This document shows positions 40,901 to 53,100 of a DNA stretch of 64,000 nt, piece by piece (the first letter of the stretch is position 1; the number at the start of each line of letters is the position of its first letter). Under the pieces are notes generated by a model, which was not told the DNA's origin, searched no databases, and saw only the letters and a list, made by a program, of their open reading frames with translations. Origin of the DNA: Narcine bancroftii (Eukaryota); assembly GCF_036971445.1 (NCBI RefSeq), contig NC_091478.1, forward strand, positions 78,926,001-78,990,000, read 5' to 3'. The position numbers and the translations under genes are program-made.

Positions 40901-43900
40901 CAAGGGGGACTTCGATGGCCTAATTTTAAAAATTATTATAAAGCAGCTCAACTTAGATTTTTGTCGTCTTGTTATCAGACCGATGAAAAGATTGCATGGA
41001 TGCAAATTGAAATGAGTAAAACAGGAGAAAGTAATTCTGAACACATTTTATATAAATGGCACGAGGGGTTATTGCAAGGAAAATCAGTTACACCAATTAT
41101 GAAACATATACTTCAAGTATGAAATAGAGTACATGTCGAAAGAGGAATGAAGAATTATTAGTTGGCTAAAATAATATTAAATCAAAAACTTGAGAGATTA
41201 ATAGTAATGGTGGAAAATGACTTAATATTAACATCCAGGATGAAATTTAATAAAGATTCAAATAAGATTTAGGAATGAGTAGATGTGTAGGGAGGTCAAT
41301 GGATAGCTACTAAAGAGCAGGTGTAGGTTCAAAGTGCTGATTGGCCAGTAATGTATGCCAGAGAGAGACTGGGTCAATCCATTGATTTTTGAAGTGTGTA
41401 TAAACATGTATGAGTTCTCCACTATTCTCTTGTCAAAGCAGTCAGTTGATTTGACAAGTGGAACCTTTCTCTTTTAATCCTTGCTGTCTCTTTCCTGACT
41501 TTGCTTTAGTTGATGATGCCTTGTCATATTTTTCAATATGCTTGTATATTATCTCTGCCTACTGAATGCTGAGACTGAAATTATATTGGGTGATATTTAT
41601 CTTGATCCTGTCAGTGCCTTTTATATATGATTTTTTGTTTCTCTCTGCATTCCTGTCAAACCTTCCCAAAACGTAACAAATAGGTTGAGGGCGGGGGAAA
41701 AAAAGATGTGTTAATGGTGAACCTTTTACAATTCCAACTCATTTTAAAGCCAGCAGTTACAAATGATGGCCTGCAAATTTCTTTCTTGGTTTTCTTCATT
41801 GTGAACCTGATCCAAACAGTTTATTGATCCTGAATGCATTCTCTGGCCTTTTTGAAATTTAAAAAATGATGTGTAACTTGATGCTAAAAGGAAGTTTACG
41901 AATATAATTTCTTCTGAGCAGCGTGGGGCTTGGAATCCAGCACACTGCCTTTCGTGAGGATAGGAGCCATGCTATGTAGTATTTTAGCAATGACTTGAAC
42001 TAATTCTGGGAGAGAGACTTATTTAAGTGTTATTGTAATTCAAGAACAGAATGAGTCAAATTGCACAACATTTTCGGGATCAAGTTCTGTTTCAGACCAG
42101 TGGGAATTATAAGTGAATTTCACCAACAGAAGAGTTGATTCTGATCATGAAGTAGGATGATGTTTGCAGTGTGTAATCTGGTAGTCATCTGATTGGATTG
42201 ATAATACATGCACCACCAAGATGATGAAAAGTTTAACGATTACAGTGTTAACTGCAGAGTGTGTGGCCTGTTGAATGTTTGGCAGTAATCGTTACTATTA
42301 CCTCTCAAGTTTGCCATATCCTCAGTCCTAATTTCCCATTAATTTTGGGGGGGAAAAAATCATGCTTAAATTAGGGCAGAAATTATGCTCTTTACTGATT
42401 TAACTCAATGCTTTATTAATTATTGGTTGGGATTCATTTCAGGGTATTTTTGTTGTTGAAAGATCTGGACATTTGGCTGTCTAGCTGTCTAATCAAACTG
42501 TCATTTGAGCTTGCTATCGTTTAACATTTGTTATCCAGCTCTGACCTTGTTCCCAGAGTAGCGGTGGTTCTGTACTAGTCAGTACTAATCTTGTAATAAA
42601 TATTTGGATTGGGTAATCCAGACACTTTTTTGGGGGTGGGGGAAGAAGTGAGGGTGTCGATGAGAGGAAGGCAGGCCATTGTAAGGACCTTCCTGTTAAC
42701 ATATTAACCTTTTTGGCTCAGAATGCTCAACTTGATTCTGATTTCCTTTTTATAGAACTTGGTGCTGTTGGACTGCTTCTATTCATTTTATGACCTACCG
42801 AAGGAATTTGAGAAGTGCTGTTCAGATGCAGCCTCCACAAAAGAACTTTCCATCAGTTCCATGGCAGAATGTATCCTTCCCTCTGTCTTGCGCTTTGGCT
42901 TCTCTTTTCCAAAGAGTTTGAATGATTTATCAGTAGATACTGTTCTATTCAACGAACCCAGAACTGGAAACAAGTACACGTTTGAGATTGAATTCTTTAT
43001 TAATTTGATTTAATGCTTGGGTGTGAACCTTTTTGGATTTCTATACTAATAGAAATCACCCAATGGAAATGTTCCCTTGTTTAATCCAAATAGATAATAA
43101 CACTAAGAAATGCTTTGTGATCAAAATTAACATAGCAGAACTCTCATAATTTATCATGATACCTCGCGAAGGTTCTGCTGCAAGTAAATTTCTTTTCTCA
43201 TTTACTTAAAACGAAAGACTATCGGTTTGCATTTCCTGCGTTTTACACACGTGTATAAATGTGACTGATTGAAGACTAGAACAAAACAAACAATATTATT
43301 AGAATTGATTTTTATAGAAAGCACGTAATGACTCTTATTTATCTACCTCTCCCCTGTTCTAAGTCCTTTGACTAATTTCTTACTTTTAAATTACCCATTT
43401 ACGCATCCGATTGTTGAATTACAAATAATGGATGATTGCATCCAAGGATGTAATTCTCGAGGATTATGTCAATTCACCTTCCTTAATGATGAGCATAGAT
43501 TTGGAATTGAGCACAGATGATGCTGTAAATGAGTTTGGTGTATTTGAAGTAACCACTATGAGTGCAATTATTTTGCATTTAATTAATGAGCCTTACAGTA
43601 AGTGCCTTAACCCTCTGATTTGGCATTCTAGATTTTTTTTTCTTGCTGAGATGAGATAATGTATAGTTGTTTTATTCCCCTTTTCAGATTATGTGTTCAA
43701 AAATTCTGAAACAGTCAACTACAAGTTTGAAACTGGTCCCTGGTGAGTGATGGTGTACTTATTGACTTGTATCAAGCTGTATTTCTGTAATTTAAATTTA
43801 AAAAAAAATTAGACAACAGCATGGTAACAGGCCATTTTGGCCCACGAGTCCTTGTCGCCAATTAACCAACACTCCTGGTTCATTTTGAATGGTGGGAGGA

Positions 43901-46900
43901 AACGAGAGCCCCCTGGGAAAACCCATGCAGACACTGGGAGAACATACCAACTCCTTTCAGACAGCACGTGCCTGTTCCGCTTCACAATTCTGTTCTGAAT
44001 TGCCTTCAAGGGTCAGTTGGGCAGATGCGGACAACTCTGAGGAAGGAGGGAAGTTTGGAGTGGTGGGGGGGGGGGAGGAAGAGGGGTGATCCTGGAAGTT
44101 TCCGAGTAATTGGTTTGAGGGGAGGTAAAATGGCGAGACAACTCAGTCTGCTGTGCGCCTGGCCTGAAAGAAGCAGAAAATATTTTGGTTAGAAAGATGC
44201 TTCAATTTGGCGAAGCAATTGATGTTTGTTACAAAATGCTAAAATATTTTGGGTTGTTTTACAATGGTCATTTCATGATGTAACGCTGATGGGTGGAACT
44301 TTACTGATAAAATACTCTCTTGCAGCAGCAAAACTGAAGGAGTAGATGGTGAAACGGTAATCAGGGCCAGAGGTTTACCGTGGCAATCATCCGACCAAGA
44401 CATAGCACGATTTTTCAAAGGACTCAACATAGCAAAGTAAGTGTGCTTTGGAATAAGGACCCAATCATATGAATGTCATATTTGCTTGGATTTAAAACCA
44501 TATATGATTTGAAATGTCAACTACCAGAAATAAAGTCTTCCTCAGGTTGTCTACTTTTTAAATAACCGGCAGAGGTGGAACGTGAATAATGGTGTTTTCA
44601 ACAACATTGATTATTTCCAGTATCAGAAGCCTTTCCTGTGTGTGCTCACCGGATTTCTGTCCATACTCCCTTTTTATAAAAAGGGTTTCCATGACATTCA
44701 CCAGTTGCTTGGTAATCCTCTTGAATGTTTCCCTTCCTGATTTTGGTATCTTGCTTTCCTTAATCTTATGAAGTAACTCTGGTATTCTTTAGAGTAAAAA
44801 AAAAATTTCCACAAATGCCTAATAGTGTTGCATTCGATTATTGAAGGGTCAGTGTTGTGTGAGGAGGAAACATGGCCTCCCTGCCTATCTGGAATATGTG
44901 TATTGCAGGTGGTCATGTGTCCTCCCTGTCTGATCACCTGTCAATCAAGGTTGGATTCCGGCCACTCATTAGTGCACACCTTGCCATTGGACTGTTTAAA
45001 TTATTTAGGTCATTATTGGCTAGGCACCCAGATCAGCACATTCTTTCTCTCTGCCTTGTGGTCCAAGCCCTAGATGTCGCTCCATGCCAGGTTGCTTCGC
45101 TGGAAGTGTCGTAGGTAAGGTGTGCACTACACTGAAGATGAGCCGTAGTGTTGCAATAGATAAATACTTGCAGAGATCCGCAACCCCTTTGGTGCAGGGA
45201 ACCTGTTTTTAGTGTGTATACTCAAGAGTGTGAACGTGTCCAGTATAGGCTCACTATTGTCAGAGTCCAACCGAGGTCTGATGTGAATGTTTATATCATT
45301 GTTTAATCCCCTGTTTGTTTCCCGTGTGTTAATTAAAGTTATGTGTGATTGTAACAACAGTGTCCATACTCCCCTCTCTGTGAACCCACCAAACCTTGTA
45401 CTCTTTCCAACATGACAGTTGGTGATGAGCATGTTTTCTGGCCAGTAGCTAAAGGAGTATGCTTTGGAGATAACAACTGTCAAAATATAGCCTGCTTCTT
45501 TGGATGTCCTGTACACTGGTTTGCTACTAGTGTCTGGGGTGCAGTTGGTGATATTGGAGAGAGTTCACTTAAATGGTTCATCTAAAGACAACACCAGCTC
45601 AATTTGAGGGTGAATAGGCTGAATCTGTCTGGTGCAGTGTTTTGATTTTTAATAGTGTTTGCAGAAATGAACCTTTTCAGCCATAGCAGAAATTCCAAGA
45701 AGCAGAAGTCAGCAAAGTTTATAAAGGCCAATGTGCTTAAAGGGATAATGGATACAAAACTGATTGTTTTTGGGAGAGGTATTTTGTGGTGGTTCCCAGA
45801 AGAGAGAACAATAGTAGGTTTGACGTGAACTAGGATACGAAGCATGGAAGTTGATAGAGATTAGGGATTAGTGTGCATTTTTGAAATGGGTTGGAATGTG
45901 AAGCGATGCAGAAAAGTGTAAAATTGGTGAATAAAAATGCTAGTTTACGAGGAATGAGAAGAGGCAATATTAACCCTTCTAGAAGGGGTGTTGGAGCAGA
46001 ATAAATGGGGGCAAGTAGGCATTTCAATACCAAACTACAATATCAGTGCTCAATGCAAGACCTTGCATTGAAACCTCATGAGCTTCACATTAGGAAGGAC
46101 ATCCAAAGGCTGAAGGTGTAGAAGAATTTTAATTGACACCACTTACCAGAGAAGATGAGTTGATTTTGCTTTGGAATAAGCTTTAGCAGAAGATTTAAGT
46201 GGAAAGTTTTCAACAGTGAGATGCTGAGATCTCCAGTCTACTTCATTTTTTTTTTAAAAAGTGGAAGCCGTTAAAAGGGCGAACTCTTAAGAAGAATAAA
46301 TAAGTGAAAGTGGAGAGGTTATAGACCAATTATACGATCTTGGTGTTTCACTCTATCTGGTTGCTTGTAGACTTTCAGCTGTGTTTTCATTGTAATTTAA
46401 ATGTTCTAAATGGCTTTGAATTGGTTCTTCTTTATCCATTTATGCTTTGAGGGTTTATCATAAATTTACCATTAATCAGTCATTCATAACGATTCATTTT
46501 TACCATCCATAATTTATCAAAAAAAATAATTATGCTTTGTGTTTGATGCTTTTATTCTGACTTCTGTTGATGAGTAAAGCTCCTGCTTACTAAGCCTTTG
46601 GTTTGTTCAATCATTCAATGATCCTTTGCTCCTAATTGATAGTGTAATTCTGCATCATAGTTATTGCTTTGAAATATTATTTATTGTTCTCTGAAATTGC
46701 ATGTCTGCACATTCCCGAAAAACAACTGCATCCTCTCAGACTCTTTCTTTCAACAAGTTTGTGCTTTTTTTTTGCTTACCCATGTGAAGTAGGTTCATAG
46801 ACCAAATCTTTGATTTGAGGAGTGCAGAGTCATCTGCAGTGACCTGGCTCTTGGTGAAGAAGGATTGGATATTGGCAAAGAGAGGGAATTCATAACGGGA

Positions 46901-47149
46901 GTAAATTGAGGAGATTTGTACAAGAGGGTTGGAGCAGAAACAAAGGATTGAGGTGTTATTGGCTACCATTGTAGGCCAGTGAGAAAAGATGAACCATCTC
47001 TGCAGGAAAGGAAATTGGCAAGAAAAGGAGATAGTTTGAATGTTATCATAAAAACTTGTGTAAGTTTAAAGCAGCATGCAAGGATACCAGTATTGACTGA
47101 GAAGGAACAGAATTGAAGTGGAGATGAGATCCAGGGGTTCTGAGCTTGG

Positions 47150-47197
<48 letters not shown>

Positions 47198-50100
47198 AAA
47201 GAGAATGATGAGGAGTTTATGATCATTCAATCTTTCCACAAATCCAACTCTTCCACCAATGGGTTTGATGGTCGCGTTCTAGAATGTGGATGGTGTAGAA
47301 TATGATACAGTGCATTTCTCGTAGTTTTGGGTAATGTTACCATCTAGTTTAGGGAGAAGGTCAGTAGGTTAATCGTGTGTTGACTTGGTGTGTAGCATTG
47401 CTCTGGAGGCAAATGCATTGTTGGAATTACGCAGCTTATAAATAAATTGGCAGGATTGGAAGCAAACCCTGGTTATTCTGTGAACTGTATCAAAGAGATG
47501 AGACACGAGGATGTTGTAGGTGAACAGAGTGTGTGAGTAATGGGCAATGGTCACAGATTTGGATAATTCTGTATTAAGATAAATGACCTAAAAATTGTAA
47601 CAAAACTAAAACAAAGTTTAGAGTTGGGTTGGGGCACAGAGTAATACATTTAAGGATTTTTTTTTGTAACGATGATGAGGTATAGGACTCAGACCTTCAA
47701 AACGCCCTTGAGTTTGACCTAGTAATTGCTCCTGTGGCACAAGTTAATGCCATACTTTTCAAGTGTCTGGAATTCTGACTTGATTCTATTCATATGAACC
47801 TCAGAAATGGGGGCAGGAGTCGGCCATCTGGCCTGTTGAGCCTGTTCCACCATTTCAATGAGATCATGGCTGATCTGATCATAGGCTTCCACCTACCTGC
47901 CTTTTTCCCATATCCCTTAATTCCCTTACTATGTTTTAAAAAAAAAAAAATCCAACCTTACATTTACTGAGGTCGCCTCCACTGCTTCAATGGGCAGTGA
48001 CTTCCATAGATTGGTCACCCTCTAGGAAAAGCAGTTTCTCCTCATCTCTGTCCTATCTACTTTCTTGAATCTTGAGGCTATAGCGCCTAGTTCTGGTCTC
48101 CCCTTCCAATGTAAACAACTTGCCTACCTTTATCTTATCTATGTCTTTCACAATTTTATATGCTTCTATAAGATCCCCACTCATTCTTCTAAATTCCAGT
48201 GAGTACAGTCCCAGATGACCCAATCTCTCCTCATATGCTAACCCCTTCATCCCTGGAATCAACCTGGTGAACCTCTTCTACACCATCTCTAAAGCCAGTG
48301 TATCCTTCCTCAAGAGACCAGAACTGAATGAAGTACTCCAGAATAGTCTCACCAGTACCTTGTACCGATGCATTCAGGTGCACTGAAATTCAATCCCTCT
48401 AGCAATGAAGGCAAACATTCCAATTGCCTTCTTGATGGCCTGCTGCACCTGCAAACCAACCTTTTGTGATTCATGCACATGCACTCCCAAGTCCTCCTGC
48501 ATAGCAGCATGCTGCAATCCCTAGCCATTTAAATAATATTCTGATCAATTTTTCCTTCCAAAGTGGATAACTTCACATCTGCTGGATCCTTTCCCATTCA
48601 CTTATCTATTTACCTCTCTCTTCAGACTCTTGGTATCTTCTGCGCAGTTTACTTTCCCATTCAATTTAGTGTCATCAGCAAGCCTAGCTACACTACACTC
48701 TGTCCCCTCTTCCAGATCATTTATGTATATGGTGACAATCATAGCTGGTGTCCCCTCCAGAGGGAGACGAGGTGCTCTACAGATTGCTGTTGTTGTGTCC
48801 CACAGTGACCTCCTGATTTTAAGTGCTGATTGAGGGACAAGAGAGAATGTTTGCCTAACAGGACTGGATTTGGCAGGGAGAAGGTTGGAGAGAAGTGAAA
48901 GGAGAGAATGGCAATATCAAGAGTGTGTGCTTGGTTGGGGAATGGATTGACTTGAGATAGAACTAGGAGGTTGGAGTTGTACGGCACACAAAGGGAGGGA
49001 GTTGTATCCAAGCTCCAGGACATCACTGTAGAAGTTCTTCAGGGGATAGACTGCCATAGTCATCTCTGCTTCAGTGACTTCTTTCAGAAGGATAGAGGTT
49101 GAAAGCAATTCCAGTCATGGCCCTTCTGTGGATGAAGCAGGCCCATGGTTGCATGCGGCAAGATTTAAGAACAGATGAGTGACAAGTCGCATTCACACCA
49201 CCTAAGCTGCAGGTGGTGACCATCTCAAAGAGAGTCTAACCAGCTGGTTCTTGTGGTTATAAGAACAGTCAGATTATCTTCCAGTGAGTGGCTCAACTTC
49301 TGCCATTTATACGGCATAGTGGGAGAGTGATGAAATTGTCTCCACTCTTCTGGATGAGTACAGCTTCAATAACACTTGAACAGTAACACCATCATCCACA
49401 CCAAGCCACCTCCCTGAATAACACCTAGTGCCCTCTCATCATTCATTCCCTCAACCACAGGTGCAGGGTGTATGCCTCCGACAACACAAAATTATAGTTA
49501 CTCACCTGGACTATTCTTAAGAGTACCTCCCATACCCACAACCTCTTCCAAAAAGGACTCTGGCTTAAAGCATTCTTTACATGGTCAATGCAATATCAAC
49601 CAAGATTTAACCATAATGAAATTGCAGTTAAATTGATGTGGTCCCTATCCACTATTGTCACCATTGCTTGATGTAGATTAAGATGAAGAATTTTTATCTC
49701 CTTTCTGTGACTGATCTTGTTTGTTTGGGCCAACCTTGTTTGTAATGCCCATTCCAATACTTGGGGGAAATCATTGGCCTTCCTGGTCAATCGATAAATG
49801 ATTTTTCGAAGTTCCCCAACTTTATGCAGAGAGCCTTCATCAAATTTTGGTATTACTGATTTTTAATTAATGTTGTTAAAAACATAAGTGTTAAATGGGT
49901 TTAATGTGAAAGACACAGTGATTGAAATAAAACACAAAGCTGGGGTCTCAGCAGGTTAAACAGTGTACCTTGTATAGCAAAGATAGACACATAACCAACA
50001 TTCTAGGCTTGAGTCCTTCATCAAGTTGTGAGAAAAATGTAGGCAGATCCCCTTTTTGTCCAGGTGCCTGCTACATTTTGTTCATTCCTCGATGAAGGGC

Positions 50101-53100
50101 TCAAGCCCAAAACGTTGGTTATGTATCTATCTTTGCTCTAACTCTAAAGTACACTGTTAGACCTGCTGAGTTTTGTTTTTACTTTGTTAAATGGGTTTGT
50201 CGTTTTTGGATTGGTTGGTGGCCGTAATGGATGGGCTTGACAATACTTCAATAATGAGATCATTCTGCTTTCATCAAAGGGGTGGTGTAGCTCTGTGCCT
50301 GAACTCACAGGGAAGAAGGAACGGAGAAGCTCTGGTCAGGTTCATCAATCGAGAACAGCGAGACCTTGCACTGGAGAGACACAAGCATCATATGGGGAGC
50401 CGATACATTGAGGTGGGAACCACTGTGATGTGGCTTTAAAGTTCATTTCTTCAGCTTCTCTTTTTCCTTTAAAAGGAATAGTTGATTTATTTGAAATTTC
50501 CTTTCCAGGTATACAAGGCTACTGGAGAAGAATTCTTAAAAATAGCTGGAGGTAAGTTTTTGGAAAAAAAATGCATGAATTGAAAAGTTATCAAGGATTT
50601 AAGGTGACTGTTTAAAAAAACATTTCAATTTGGCTACTGATTTTAAATTCAATCTTTCATTTTGCCTGTGGTTTGGTGAAAAAGGTTGTTATAGGGCTAA
50701 AGGTTTTTTTCATTGGGTGAACACTTGGTGCTTTTCCTATCCAGCAAACACCCAAAACAATCTCACTGTCACACCACAACTGAGGCTGAGGAGAGCTTCA
50801 TGCTCGTGTATCTTCCCTGGAACAAAAGACATCGTCATTCAGCAAGAAAATCTGCTATTGTAGTTGTTGAAAGAGGAGGAAATAAGGAATGCTGATTCAT
50901 TGAGAAGGAGGAAAATAATTGTGGAGTTGGCTTTTAATGGATGAAAGTTAGCCTTTGAGAAGATGCCCTTTAACGTCAGTGAATGCAGCTGTAGAGCAAT
51001 GTTACTTCATTGCTGGAACTGTCCACCATTGCATCACTCTCAATTGTCCATCAATTGCACCAGTCTCCTCAGTGGGGTCAGAAACATTTACTATCCAAGG
51101 AGAAAGTTTTTCATGAATATCAATGTGCCTGAATCCATCTTTGAAGGTGTTTAATAGAGAATTTGATTTGTTTAAATTATGAAAAATCTTCATTGGTCTT
51201 ATGGCAAACACAATTTCCATTTAAATGGTCTTTTCTAAAGCATGACCATTCCAAGGTACTCAACAAGTGGGTCAGTTAGTCAGAGGGGTGACTTTAGTGA
51301 AGCATCTTAAAAGGAGGAAAATGGTGGAAAGGTAGGAATAGCTTTGAGAGGGAATTTCAGAACATAGGGGGAAAGCAACCGAATGGCTAAACATTGAGAT
51401 TGAGTGGGAAATTTGGAAAACTATATACAAAGCCTAGCCTGGTTAGGGTGAAGCCCACTGGTGTAACGGTTAGCACAACAGCACCAGTGACGCAGGTTCA
51501 ATTCTGACACTGTCAGGAACTTACAGACAGTGTGCATCCTTTGGAGAGCTTCGGTTTCCTCCCACTGTTCAAAACATACGGGGTTTGTAAGTTAATTGAT
51601 GTTTTTGGATGGCATGGGCTTCTGGAAGGGCCTGAATCTGTAAATTAAAATAAATAATCTGGGGAGTATTCTAGGACGAGGTGAGGTTAGATATGTGGAT
51701 GGGGAAAAATATGGTAATTGTTTGGAACTATGGATAAAACCAACAAATTGTTAACTGGATGGTAATGCAGGATCAGTAAGCAGTTGAGTTTTTTTTTTGG
51801 AGGGGGCAAAGAAATGAATCGACGATACAGGTTAAAAGGCAACAATATCTAAATAAAAGAAAATCCTGGATGAAGTTTTGAGCAGCAGGTGAGCAATGAG
51901 GTGAAATGAAGTTTCAACAGAGTTCCCATCTGTACTTGCTGTTAACCAAGCATCCAGGTTGGCCCAGCTAAAACTCTGGCTATCGTGGTTGTTGACTGCA
52001 TGTGGTCTTATCACGCTGTGAATTCTCTACCTGCGTGTTGTCAGAAGGCAAGGATTATTGACAAATAATCACACTTATCTCCTAATGATGAAACTCATTA
52101 TTGTTCAAATAGTCAGTAAACTAATTTTGAGATCCCATTGTAATCTACTCAAAACTTTATTGCGATTAATAAGTAAAAATTTTGTATTTGGCTACTTTTT
52201 GTACTTGGACCATAAAAGGGCAGTTATATAATCAATGCATTGCAGTACTTTGTTTTATTAAAGAATTTTTTTTTAAATATAGGTACTTCAAATGAGGTGG
52301 CACAATTTTTATCGAAGGAAAACCAAGTTATAATACGAATGCGTGGATTACCTTTCACAGCCACCACAGAGGATGTCCTTGGGTTTTTTGGAAAGGAGTG
52401 TCCTGTTACAGGGGAAAAGGAGGGGCTCCTCTTTGTTAAATATCCTGATGGAAGACCTACTGGGGATGCATTTGTGTTGTTTGCATTTGAAGAATTTGCC
52501 CAGAATGCACTTAAAAAACACAAGGAAATATTGGGGAAGCGTTATATAGAGCTGTTCAGGAGTACTGCCGCAGAAGTACAACAGGTTGGTGTCCTTTACT
52601 GCACGTTAAAGTGCATCTGAATTGACATTTGTACAGGAATGACAACAATCATGGTTGAACTATGTTGGAATGAATGAACCTTTGCTCTCCCTTTTAAGGG
52701 TCTGTCTTACTGCCCTTTTCACGCCACTTCAATTTTGTCATAAAATCCTACATCACAGAATAGACCCAAAATGCACTGTCATCTTTTTTTCTCGGAAAGC
52801 TTGCATGATTAGTCCCCTGACCCTGTACAAAAAATTTGAGTATTCATCAAATTCTCGATGCAAAGTTGTTAGTGGATCTGCTTCCATCTCTCGTGGTAAT
52901 GCCCCCTGGATGAAGAAATGATTACAGTTTCTGTCGCATTCCATGGCTGCCATTCTGATCCAATGGAAGGTACAGTTAACAAACCAAGAAGTTTTTTTTT
53001 TTGGCAATTGCCTTTTTTTGGCTCCCTTCAACTATTTGCATTAGCAAAGCTTTGAGGGAAGGTGGTTTATTATACTGCAAAATGTTTCTTGTATGCCTTT

